From an uncultured Verrucomicrobiota bacterium (GTDB lineage: Bacteria > Verrucomicrobiota > Kiritimatiellia > JAAZAB01), in NCBI GenBank assembly GCA_964617825.1, contig CAZTWL010000004.1, positions 71,546 to 135,545 on the forward strand: 64,000 nucleotides of DNA. Reading direction: 5' to 3'. The position numbers were made by a program, and so were the translations under genes. This document shows positions 1 to 10,651 of the stretch, piece after piece (the stretch's first letter is position 1; each line of letters opens with the position of its first letter). The notes beneath the pieces are model-generated. The model worked only from the letters and a program-made list of their open reading frames with translations, had not been told where the DNA came from and did not search any database.

Positions 1-318
1 TATTAGAGTGTTAAAAACCATCACCAAGGCAAACGACACGTTCCAGCAAAATGGATTAATCCGCGTCATCGGTCCCCCCTCTATTACATTGTTGAATTTT
101 CAAAAGGCATTGACAAGCACTATTTTGCACGCGAACGATATATCGCATTTCATCACCATGAATGAAAACCGATCCATGTCGATCTGAACGGAAAATAGCT
201 ATGGATGACGGCAGAAACAGAGCCGCAGGATATCGTCGATCATATGGCTCAAAACAAAGCCCCGCGTTAAACCCTGAAAAGCCAGATTTTCATGGCGTTT
301 ACAAACACCTTCCGGTAG

Positions 319-2367
<2,049 letters not shown>

Positions 2368-2593
2368 AATCTCCGGCGGAATCTTCCAGCCGGCTACCGC
2401 AACACGACAATACTGCAACAAATACTTGCTTTTTATCCTGCCGAGTGACAGTATCCCGTTGTTTGTTATTTCGCAGCAGTTGGCCTTTGTTTAATCTTTT
2501 CAAGAACAGGAGGTGAACTCATCGAGAAAGCAAACGATTTTGACATGTTTGGAAAGTGAAACAATTTTTTATCACAAGCAAGGAAGATCACAT

Positions 2594-3022
2594 ATGAAGC
2601 GTATTGTTGTCGGATTAATGGCTGTTTGTCTGTTTGGTTCTCTGTCGGTTTTTGCTGAACAAGCTGAAAAAACGGCTACAGCTGAAAAAACGGCTAAGAA
2701 AGATGCCGTATTGCAAGAAATCACGGTTACAGGCAAGCTGGCCAAACATCCCATGGGATTCATCCTTACGGAAGCCGACGGCACGGCAGTGAAAGTGATG
2801 GCTCCGAAGGCAGCCAAGGAAGGCGAACCCTCTGTTGCGGATATTGATAAGTTTATCGGCAAGGACGTCAAGCTGGTCGGCATGGGCACCACGAAGACGA
2901 GCAAGTCCGGCAAGAAGGCGACGATGATCAAGACCGTCACCAGCATTGCGGAAGCGGCGGCGGCGGCCCCAGCGGCAGCTCCGGCAGCAGCTCCGGCGGC
3001 GGATGCGCCTGCGGCAAAGTAA
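2594..3022 (+). CDS. small secreted protein with a C-terminal Ala/Pro repeat tail (AAAPAAAPAAAPAADAPAAK)
   Basis: The ATG at 2594 is preceded by AAGGAAG. The N-terminus MKRIVVGLMAVCLFGSLSVFA is a signal peptide. The protein is Lys-rich with a low-complexity tail, and no homolog was recognised. Confidence 0.6.
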   Translation: MKRIVVGLMAVCLFGSLSVFAEQAEKTATAEKTAKKDAVLQEITVTGKLAKHPMGFILTEADGTAVKVMAPKAAKEGEPSVADIDKFIGKDVKLVGMGTTKTSKSGKKATMIKTVTSIAEAAAAAPAAAPAAAPAADAPAAK

Positions 3023-3074
3023 GCGAAATTTGATGGCCTTAAGCCAAAAAGCTTAGGCCATAGATTAAACAAGG

Positions 3075-3106
3075 AGGGTCGCTCACCGGAGCGGCCCTTT
3101 TTGTTT
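3075..3106 (+). terminator. putative intrinsic terminator (GGGTCGCTC-ACCG-GAGCGGCCC + TTTTTGTTTG) for the 2594..3022 gene
   Basis: An imperfect GC-rich hairpin is followed by a T-tract. It lies inside the 3' end of the convergent araB coding sequence. A second hairpin, GGCCTTAAGC...GCTTAGGCC, sits at ~3036-3060. Confidence 0.4.
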
Positions 3107-4777
3107 GTCAGTCGGCTTGCGCAGGGCCAGTAACTTTTTCATAATGCCGCCTACGCTCGACGGGGGCATATGGCCGGCTTTCGCGCCAAAGGCATCATGC
3201 AGAATTTTATATTGGCTATATAATTCCCGATAGACGGCAACATTACCAGGAATCGGCCGATATATTTTTCCTTTAATCCCCGTCATCGCGGCAATCGCCG
3301 GCTCAATGGCCGGATATGCACCCCCCGCCAGGGCGCCGGCAATCGCCGCCCCCAGCGCGCAGGTCTGGGCCGAACGCGAAATAAACATCGACCGGTTGAG
3401 CACATCGGCATAAATCTGCATAAAAAGCGCATTTTTTTCGGCAATCCCGCCACAGCAAACCACGCGCTCAATCGGCACTCCATATTCCTCAATCCGGTTG
3501 ATGATGGTCAATGCGCCGAAGGCCGTAGCCTCCAGCAGAGCGCGATAAATCTCTGCACGCGTCGTGTGCAGGGTCATGCCGACCAGTAGTCCGGAAAGTT
3601 GCGGATCGCCGATGATGTTCCGATTTCCATTGTGCCAGTCGAGAGCCAGAAGCCCGCTGGCTCCGGGTTTCGAGCGCTGGGATTCATTTGTCAGTTTGAC
3701 CTGCAAGGCATCATTTCCCTGGCATACGTCGGAGACAAACCAGCGAAAGATATCCCCCACGGCGGCTTGGCCCGCTTCAATGCCAATATAGCCGGGCAAA
3801 ACCGATCCATCCACAATGCCGCAAACACCCGGGATATCCGGCACCTGCATCGTATTTTTGGCCACCATAATATCGCAAGCGGACGTGCCAACGATCTTTA
3901 CCAGCGTCCCGGTTTTGATTCCCGCCCCCACGGCGCCAAGATGGGCATCTATGGCGCCCACCGCCACGGGCAACCCTTCAGGCAGCCGCCAGGCAGTTGC
4001 CCACGATTTTGCCAAACGTCCGGCCAGATGATCGATCCCAAATGCTTCCGCCGGCATGTGCTCGCGGATTCTGGCCAGGCGCGAGTCAAGCTCTGCGAGG
4101 AATTCGACATCCGGCATCCCGCCCCACTGCCTGCTAAACAAAGCCTTATGCCCGGCGGCGCATACTCCGCGGACAACAGCCTCGGGCCGGCTGATCCCGC
4201 AAAGCAAGGCCGGGATATAATCGGCCAACTCGATCCAGGCATGTGTGGCCTCGAACAGGCCGCGATCCAAATTAAGGCAATGCCATACTTTGGCCCAATA
4301 CCATTCCGGGGAATAAACCCCGCCGCACTTGGCAAGAAAATGCGGCCTTGATCTGTTGGCCTGCTCCGTGATCCGCTCCGCTTCGACGCAAGCCGTATGA
4401 TCTTTCCAAAGCCAGGCATATGCGTTTAAATTTTTTTTATAGGCCGGTCGCAGACACATCGGGCGATTCTGCGCATCCACCGGAATAGGGGTTGAGCCGG
4501 TGGCATCCACCCCAATCCCAACAAAATCTTTCCCCTGCACGCCGAATTGACGCCGCGCCCGGCTTAAAGCCGTTCTGACGACCTTATCCAGGCACGCTGC
4601 ATAATCCAATGGCGACTGGCGCGCCAGATTGTGGTCATGGGCATCTAGTAAAATGCCGTTCGTCCCGCTGGGATAACCGGCAATCGCCGCGCCGACTTCC
4701 TGGCCGTCGGCCGTGCTGACCACGAGGGCCCGCACTGAATTTGTGCCATAATCAATGCCGAGAGCATACTTGGCCAT
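3083..4777 (-). CDS. araB: L-ribulokinase (FGGY carbohydrate kinase family)
   Basis: 564 aa, colinear with E. coli AraB. Shared blocks include GIDYGTNSVRALVV, IGVDATGSTPIPVD, WKDHTA, SPEWYWAKVWH, IGTSACDIMVA, GIVDGSVLPGYIGIEAGQAAVGD, LDWHNGNR and CGGIAEKNALFMQIYADVLNRSM. Confidence 0.9.
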   Translation of the reverse strand: MAKYALGIDYGTNSVRALVVSTADGQEVGAAIAGYPSGTNGILLDAHDHNLARQSPLDYAACLDKVVRTALSRARRQFGVQGKDFVGIGVDATGSTPIPVDAQNRPMCLRPAYKKNLNAYAWLWKDHTACVEAERITEQANRSRPHFLAKCGGVYSPEWYWAKVWHCLNLDRGLFEATHAWIELADYIPALLCGISRPEAVVRGVCAAGHKALFSRQWGGMPDVEFLAELDSRLARIREHMPAEAFGIDHLAGRLAKSWATAWRLPEGLPVAVGAIDAHLGAVGAGIKTGTLVKIVGTSACDIMVAKNTMQVPDIPGVCGIVDGSVLPGYIGIEAGQAAVGDIFRWFVSDVCQGNDALQVKLTNESQRSKPGASGLLALDWHNGNRNIIGDPQLSGLLVGMTLHTTRAEIYRALLEATAFGALTIINRIEEYGVPIERVVCCGGIAEKNALFMQIYADVLNRSMFISRSAQTCALGAAIAGALAGGAYPAIEPAIAAMTGIKGKIYRPIPGNVAVYRELYSQYKILHDAFGAKAGHMPPSSVGGIMKKLLALRKPTDKQKGPLR

Positions 4778-4840
4778 GATTGATGTCCCTGCTTATTTCG
4801 ATATATGATTTCAACCGGAAGATGGCGCCTTGCGGTCTAT

Positions 4841-5788
4841 TCAGGTCGCTGTGGAAAGATCGGCGCCCGCCTCGTCGGTGTTCGCCGCCGGGTCCAGCGG
4901 ATCGAGAATCCAGCGTTTGTTGAACCAGAACCACTGTTCCGGCTGTTCCCTGATTGCGCGATCGAAAACATCAAAGACAGCCTGAGTCATCCGCTGCCAG
5001 TCTTCCTTCTTATCCAAACGGTCATCAGGCCAAACCGCCTCCAGAATCCGATACCGATGCCGCGTCCAACCTTGCCGCGTAATAATGCAGGGAAAAATCG
5101 GCACGCCGGTCATTTTGGCAATCAATCCCAGCCCACCGGCAATATTGGCCGGCTTGCCCAGGAACTGGACAACGACGCCCGGCGTGCGCGACCGCACATC
5201 CGGCAACATGGCCATGACCTTGCCCTCGCGGATTCGGCGGATGATCCCCTTCAGTACGGACGAGCTGCGCTGAAGCGTTTCAAAGCCCGAGCCCATGCGC
5301 ATGCGATGGATATATTCCTCGACCAGCTGATTCTTCTGGTTCCCGGTGACGGTAAAGAGGCGGACGCCGCACGCCAGACTGGTCAGCGTCGCCATTTCCC
5401 ACGAGCCCATGTGCGGTGCGGCAATAATAGCCCCCTTCCCCGTGTTTAAATGATCAAGGATTATACGGTCCGAGCCGCCGACATCCACTATCGAACGAAT
5501 CCATGCCGGCGAACTGACCGGGATTCGGACCATTTCCACCGCCGTAAAGCAAAAATCGCGCCAGGACCGCCAGGAAATGCTTCGCACCTCGCGATCGGAA
5601 TATCGCGTCCCGAATACTTCACGGATGCGGGACTGGGCATCCGCCACCCGATAGCGACAAGCATGAAAGATGAGCCAGGCAATCCCCCACGCCAATCCCA
5701 AGGCCACGCGGTACGGCAAGAATTGAACCAGTCCCGCCACGGCGCGTACGCCAACGTATTCCAGAACGTGCTTGGCACGGTGTTTCAT
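4841..5788 (-). CDS. lipid A biosynthesis acyltransferase (LpxL/HtrB family lysophospholipid acyltransferase)
   Basis: 315 aa with an N-terminal membrane anchor and an H(x)4E motif (HMGSWE). The overall layout resembles Kdo2-lipid IVA acyltransferases. Its start overlaps the stop of the upstream DUF362 gene by 4 nt. Confidence 0.7.
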   Translation of the reverse strand: MKHRAKHVLEYVGVRAVAGLVQFLPYRVALGLAWGIAWLIFHACRYRVADAQSRIREVFGTRYSDREVRSISWRSWRDFCFTAVEMVRIPVSSPAWIRSIVDVGGSDRIILDHLNTGKGAIIAAPHMGSWEMATLTSLACGVRLFTVTGNQKNQLVEEYIHRMRMGSGFETLQRSSSVLKGIIRRIREGKVMAMLPDVRSRTPGVVVQFLGKPANIAGGLGLIAKMTGVPIFPCIITRQGWTRHRYRILEAVWPDDRLDKKEDWQRMTQAVFDVFDRAIREQPEQWFWFNKRWILDPLDPAANTDEAGADLSTAT

Positions 5789-6927
5789 GAAGGCAATTTT
5801 CCTCTTTTTCGAAGGTTCAACAAGAAACTCTGCGTCATCTCCACTGCCTTTTGGGGGCAGACCTCATGACAACAGCAACAGCCAATGCAGGTCGTGGGCG
5901 TCAAAACCGGCTTTGGTTCGTTATCGACCAGACGCAAGGCGGTAACCGGGCAGGCTTTGACGCACAAACCGCACCGCACACAAAGATCCGTGAACGCCGG
6001 ACGAATCCATAAATACGGAGCCAACATACGGACCAGCCAAACTGGAATTTGATTGAACAGCCTTGCGGAAACAGGGGTACGGAACGGAGGGCGCTGGAGC
6101 GGCACGGGCACATTGCCAACCAACTCGATCCGGCTCCAATCGGCGGAACCAACTCCCGCCCGCTCAAGCAAGCCGAGATAAGGAACAGCCTTGAGCGGAA
6201 TATCGAGGAGATGACACAAAGCGCCATCCAAGGCCACACCATCGTTTGAGCCCGCAAGGAAGCCCAAGGGAACGAGATCGCCGGCCGAAGGGCCATTTCC
6301 ATCCATGGCGATGATCGCATCGGTAATGGTCAAACCCGGCTTAATGCGCGCATAAAGCGTGGCCAGGAAGGCGCAAAACTGGGAAGGTGTGGGATATTGC
6401 TTATGCAACATTGTTTTTTGAAAGCCCGGCAGGGTGCCATAGGTGTTTTTAACGGCATTGGTAAACGCAGTCAGCATGTGTGTTTTCAGTTTGGGCATAT
6501 TAATGACAAGCGCCGCATCCAGGACCGGTTTGGCCACACTATAGACTACACCTTCCCGGTTAAATTGCACCGAGCCGGCCTTTTCCAGGTTTACGAGCGG
6601 GACCGCTTCCTCTTCACACATGGCCTTGAATCCCGTCTTTTCCCAAACGCGCTCGATCTTGAGCGCGTTACAGGAACTGTCCGCCACCATGGGGCTACCG
6701 CCCGCAGCTTTAACCATGCGGATCACGGCCCGGACAACTTCCGGATGCGTGGTCACACCCTGTTCCGGGGTCCTGGCGCTCAGCAAATTGGGTTTCAGCA
6801 GAACCGTTTGCCCGGGCCGCACCCAGGCGGACATTCCACCCAAATCGGCAACCAGACGTTCGACGGCCGATCGGACAGCGGTTGGCGTATAATCAGGACA
6901 GGCAGATAAGGCCACTTTGGCACGCAT
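5785..6927 (-). CDS. DUF362 domain protein with two 4Fe-4S ferredoxin-type cysteine clusters
   Basis: 380 aa. There are two CxxCxxCxxxCP motifs (CVRCGLCVKACP, CIGCCCCHEVCP) in the C-terminal part. The N-terminal domain resembles DUF362. Confidence 0.65.
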   Translation of the reverse strand: MRAKVALSACPDYTPTAVRSAVERLVADLGGMSAWVRPGQTVLLKPNLLSARTPEQGVTTHPEVVRAVIRMVKAAGGSPMVADSSCNALKIERVWEKTGFKAMCEEEAVPLVNLEKAGSVQFNREGVVYSVAKPVLDAALVINMPKLKTHMLTAFTNAVKNTYGTLPGFQKTMLHKQYPTPSQFCAFLATLYARIKPGLTITDAIIAMDGNGPSAGDLVPLGFLAGSNDGVALDGALCHLLDIPLKAVPYLGLLERAGVGSADWSRIELVGNVPVPLQRPPFRTPVSARLFNQIPVWLVRMLAPYLWIRPAFTDLCVRCGLCVKACPVTALRLVDNEPKPVLTPTTCIGCCCCHEVCPQKAVEMTQSFLLNLRKRGKLPS

Positions 6928-6946
6928 GATAATATTTCCACCCCAT

Positions 6947-7360
6947 TCAGGCCGGATTTGCCGGCTTGGCCGGATTCATTTGTATAATTCTTAATGGATA
7001 GCGCAATTTCAAGTCGCCATCCAGCTGAATCTCCACCCAATAAACACCAGGTTGTTCGAATCCCGTATTGATGAACACTTCCACATTCGTTGCCGTCGCT
7101 TCCGCACTCTGCAGGCGCACGGGAATGGATTGACCTTTCACAAGCACGGTGGATTGATCCGGTTTCAGCAAACGGGTCTCCTGCTTGAAGGCGCCCTCTC
7201 CGCCACACCAGCGGGTCACAACGCAAATGCGGGGAAACATCAAAGGAAATTGCTTGGCCGAGATGACCTCGAACAGCCCGATCAACATGAATTTGCCGTT
7301 CATTTCCTGACGGACATCATCACACATAACGCTGGCTTGAAGATCTGGAATCATGGTCAC
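6947..7360 (-). CDS. hypothetical protein (137 aa), first gene of the putative operon with DUF362 and LpxL-like genes
   Basis: The ORF is clean and the ATG is preceded by AGGTGA. It lies 20 nt upstream of the DUF362 gene. No confident family assignment was made. Confidence 0.5.
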   Translation of the reverse strand: MTMIPDLQASVMCDDVRQEMNGKFMLIGLFEVISAKQFPLMFPRICVVTRWCGGEGAFKQETRLLKPDQSTVLVKGQSIPVRLQSAEATATNVEVFINTGFEQPGVYWVEIQLDGDLKLRYPLRIIQMNPAKPANPA

Positions 7361-7380
7361 CTACCCTTTATATGAATTGA

Positions 7381-7570
7381 TATTTTTATTAGCTTTCCAC
7401 AGGATACTCAGAACTTAGACTGTGGACCGTGGGCTGCAGGAAAACGGGCAATAATCAGCCAGATGCAAAGAACCATAGTTCCGGTTTTGTGTATCTGCAT
7501 TTTGCCTGTTCGAACCTACGGACTACAGTCTTCAGCCCTCGGCGGCCCTATGGGACGCCAATGCTATGTT
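7381..7570. repeat. intergenic repeat element copy A (~190 nt) shared with 51067..51270 and partly with 44750..45135
   Basis: Three blocks are shared with copy B: CCACAGGATrCTC...CTGTGGrCCGT..AGGAAAAC, then AGTTCCGGTTTT, then ...ACAGTCTNCAG.CC..GG.G.CCCTNTGGGACGCCARTG. Confidence 0.6.
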
Positions 7571-7681
7571 TTTATCGTTTTGAAACATGCGCGCCGGATA
7601 TTCCGCATTCGGTGCAACGCGCCAAACCCACTCCCTTGATCGATACTAGAGGCAACTTTGCCTGCAACGGAATTCAAATTG

Positions 7682-8440
7682 CTATTTTACGGCTTTCAAG
7701 ATCATGGGGCCCGCAGGATCAGCCACGGACTGCTCGCCAGGCTGAAGCACAATGAACTTGTCCTCAGGCCAATCGCCATTCAACAGGCATTGGAGCAGTC
7801 CGGGATCGCCCGGTATTTCATCATACTCCCACTTCAACTCTTCGGCACAACGCCGCGTGAAGGCCCGATCCTGTTCCCGGTTGGGAAAGCCCCAGTCGAT
7901 GTAAGCAGCGCGATGGTAATTCCGATACCACTCCGCCTGGACGTCCATCAGGTACTGGGCATTATCCTCGCCATATTGTTCAGTATAATTCGCCAGCTCC
8001 TGGGCATAGCGCGCCTTGCCCGGCATCAACGAAGTTTCGATCCAGCCGCTGCTGTACCAGTATGTTCCGGGATGCTTGTCAAAATATTCCTGGTAGCGCT
8101 GTCGCGCTCCAAGGAGCAGGGTCAGACAATCATGCGCGCGCGGAATGACCACCGGGCAATGCCTGGCCTTCAAGCCCGCGGTGCCATTGCTGCATAAAGC
8201 ATACCCCAGCAAAATGGCGTCGTACGGTCTATCTGCGGCCACCTGAGGACTCGGCCCGCGGCCCCGCGGATGAACAGTCAGGGGCGTGTCAATTTCACGC
8301 TGGACAGACTGGCGCAACAATTCGGGCTGGTCATGCAAACCTTGCGGCAGCATAACCACATCCACCTGATGTGGCGAACGGGCCGCGCAGGCAAATATTT
8401 CACGCCGGAGCACATTACAGCCGATCACTTTAAAATGCAT
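7682..8440 (-). CDS. conserved hypothetical protein, DUF1638-like
   Basis: 252 aa. The size and sequence character resemble the DUF1638 family (recall only). It is translationally coupled to the upstream ATP-grasp gene across a 5-nt gap. Confidence 0.4.
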   Translation of the reverse strand: MHFKVIGCNVLRREIFACAARSPHQVDVVMLPQGLHDQPELLRQSVQREIDTPLTVHPRGRGPSPQVAADRPYDAILLGYALCSNGTAGLKARHCPVVIPRAHDCLTLLLGARQRYQEYFDKHPGTYWYSSGWIETSLMPGKARYAQELANYTEQYGEDNAQYLMDVQAEWYRNYHRAAYIDWGFPNREQDRAFTRRCAEELKWEYDEIPGDPGLLQCLLNGDWPEDKFIVLQPGEQSVADPAGPMILKAVK

Positions 8441-8445
8441 TTTAT

Positions 8446-9477
8446 TTATCGCGCCCTATCCTGCTTGCTTGGCTTCCGTGTTCTGGTCGCCTGACGGCGC
8501 ACGCCCCGCGCGGCGCGCTTTGGTGTTTTGCCCCGGCGCGGATGCGGCGCAACCATTCCGGCCTTCGTTTCCGGAAAAAGATAATCGAGAAAATGACGTG
8601 CGACCTTCTCGCCTTCCGGCGGCGATATGGCCAGGTCGGGACTGAGTTCAATCACCCAATGCCGGCCGGTCTGGAAATTAACCAGAAAATCGATACCCAG
8701 CACCGGGATGGCAAACAGGCGGGCGATTTTTTGCGCTTCATGGACGAGATCGGCGCTGACGGTTTCCGTGATTTCGCTGACCGATCCTCCCGTATGATAA
8801 TTCGAGGTCAAACGCACTTGGACAATTGAACCCTTGCGGGGCACGCTGCCGTAATCCAGTCCGAATACCGCCAGGTTGCGCCGCGTTTCGGCATCCAGTG
8901 GAATCCGGTTGCTGGCGTCGGCATGACTGGTGCGCGCATTTTTTTGTAAAATCAGGGAGCGGATCGAACTGACGCCATTGCCGATAACGCAAGCCGGATC
9001 GCGCCGGATGGCCGCCACAAAGCAACCGTCTATAATAATCAGCCGATGATCAACTCCCTCGACATATTGCTCAATGACCACATCTTCGCTGTATTTCTGC
9101 GCCCGCTCGATTGCGCGCTTCAGATCCGCCATCGTGCTGACCGCCACAGAAACCCCGCGTCCGCCCCATTCCCGGCAAGGCTTGACAACAACCGATTTGA
9201 ATTTTGCCAGAAAAGCCATGGCTTGATCGAGAGTCGCGTATTTGATTTGCCTGGGAACAGGAAAGCCATAGCGCACCATAAACGCATTGGCCAGGCGCTT
9301 GTCCTGCGCCATGAGAAACGAGACCGCTCCGACGCGATCGGTCATGGCATTAAAGCACCTGATCTTGCGATCCCCGTGTTTGAGAATAAAGATCGGCATT
9401 TCGGCATCGATGACCTCGATGCCAATGCCGCGGCGTTTGGCTTCCTGGGTAATGGTGGTTGTATATACGGTATTCAC
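8446..9477 (-). CDS. stand-alone ATP-grasp ligase resembling the N-terminal ATP-grasp domain of cyanophycin synthetase CphA (RimK-like)
   Basis: 343 aa. ITQEAKRRGIGIEVID and VVVKPCREWGGRGVSV closely resemble the CphA ATP-grasp region (EAKRRGIPVEILD, VVVKP..G.HGRGV). There is no Mur-ligase domain. The C-terminal ~35 aa form an Arg/Lys-rich tail. Confidence 0.6.
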   Translation of the reverse strand: MNTVYTTTITQEAKRRGIGIEVIDAEMPIFILKHGDRKIRCFNAMTDRVGAVSFLMAQDKRLANAFMVRYGFPVPRQIKYATLDQAMAFLAKFKSVVVKPCREWGGRGVSVAVSTMADLKRAIERAQKYSEDVVIEQYVEGVDHRLIIIDGCFVAAIRRDPACVIGNGVSSIRSLILQKNARTSHADASNRIPLDAETRRNLAVFGLDYGSVPRKGSIVQVRLTSNYHTGGSVSEITETVSADLVHEAQKIARLFAIPVLGIDFLVNFQTGRHWVIELSPDLAISPPEGEKVARHFLDYLFPETKAGMVAPHPRRGKTPKRAARGVRRQATRTRKPSKQDRAR

Positions 9478-9606
9478 GGCGGCATGATTGCGCTTTGATT
9501 ATCCGGTGTCAAGCGCGTTGCATCCATATTCTCCAAAGCATGACTTGACGTTTCCGCCGCGCGCTTTACCATATTGCCGTCGCACGTCGGTTATTAATGT
9601 TCATAA

Positions 9607-9936
9607 TTGAATATGTCCACAATATCCATTGCCGTTGTCCAAACAACCGTTGGCTCTCGCCGTGAGGCATTGCGTCTGGCCGGGCTGATTGTTGATGCAC
9701 GGCTGGCCGCCTGTGTCCAGATCACGCCAATTCACAGCACTTATCGCTGGAAAAGCAAGGTGACGCACTCCGCCGAATGGCTGCTCGCGGCCAAAACCCG
9801 CAGCGCACACACCAAGGGATTGATGGCATTTATCCGGCGGAACCACGCCTATGAGCTGCCGGAAATTATAGCGCTGAACGTCAAGCAGGTCCTGCCCGCC
9901 TACCGCCAATGGATATTCCGGGAAACAAAGACTTAG
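9607..9936 (+). CDS. cutA: divalent-cation tolerance protein CutA
   Basis: 109 aa with conserved CutA1 blocks (LAACVQI..IHSTYRWKSKV, YELPEIIAL). Confidence 0.8.
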   Translation: MNMSTISIAVVQTTVGSRREALRLAGLIVDARLAACVQITPIHSTYRWKSKVTHSAEWLLAAKTRSAHTKGLMAFIRRNHAYELPEIIALNVKQVLPAYRQWIFRETKT

Positions 9937-10018
9937 CGCAAGCCGAACAACATGCCAACGAGTAACGCAGAACGACGGCGCATTCGGTCTCAGCGACCAG
10001 GCAAGCGCCCCCGGCATT

Positions 10019-10651
10019 TTGAGGTTCATCCGGTCAAAAGGCATGGCTTGCAGCATGTTTGCCGCCCAGTTCCTGTTGGAAGGCTTAGCCAGCGCCGGAG
10101 AGGAAGACTTGCTGCAGGAGTTGACCATGGCCAAGGGAAAACACGGTTGGCTGGCAATGCTCGATCAAGGCGCCACGATTACGATGGAAGCCTGGAATCC
10201 CGAGGAAGAAGCCGCCCTAGACTGGACACACCCGTGGGGCGCTGCGCCGGCCAATATCATTCCGCGCTGCATCATGGGAATACGGCCGTTGGAACCTGGA
10301 TTTTCAAAGGCGCTGATTCAGCCGCTGCCAGGTCATCTCGCGGCAGCCGCCTGCTCGCAGCCAACCATGCGCGGCACAATTCTGGTATCGTTCCGCAATA
10401 CGCCGGGCGCTTATTTCTCAATGGACATCGGCTTACCGCCCGGCATGACGGCGGAGGTTCGCCTGCCGCACTGGGCCCTGGTCCTGGCCAAACAGAGCTC
10501 GGACGGCAACTTGAATAAACAGCTCGACCAGATCGCAGGCAGCGCCAGGATTACCGTTTCACGGTCTGGGGGTCTGGCGATTGACAGGCAGTTTCCACCA
10601 GCCCATCCCCTCGATCAGGTCATCGAGCGTGTAGACGCACCAGCCCATTGA
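10019..10651 (+). pseudogene. C-terminal remnant of a GH78 alpha-L-rhamnosidase (gene fragment)
   Basis: The translation (LLEGLASAGEEDLLQEL...GATITMEAWNP...WTHPWGAAPANIIPRCIMGIRPLEPGFSKALIQPLPGHLAAAACSQPTMRGTILVSF...LPPGMTAEVRLP) matches the last ~200 aa of bacterial rhamnosidases. Full-length enzymes are ~900 aa, and no N-terminal catalytic part is present upstream, where cutA sits. Confidence 0.5.

Noticed and set aside
2572-3072. 166-aa minus ORF with poly-Ala (AAAGAAAGAAAA)
   Set aside because: It is the reverse complement of the Ala/Pro repeat of the + strand secreted protein. The + frame has a good RBS and signal peptide.
3599-4351. 250-aa + strand ORF inside araB
   Set aside because: It is antisense to the strongly supported ribulokinase and its composition is GC3-skewed like a shadow frame.
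9952-10518. 188-aa Arg-rich + ORF overlapping the GH78 remnant
   Set aside because: It is the wrong frame of the same region. The 10019..10651 frame carries the recognisable rhamnosidase similarity.
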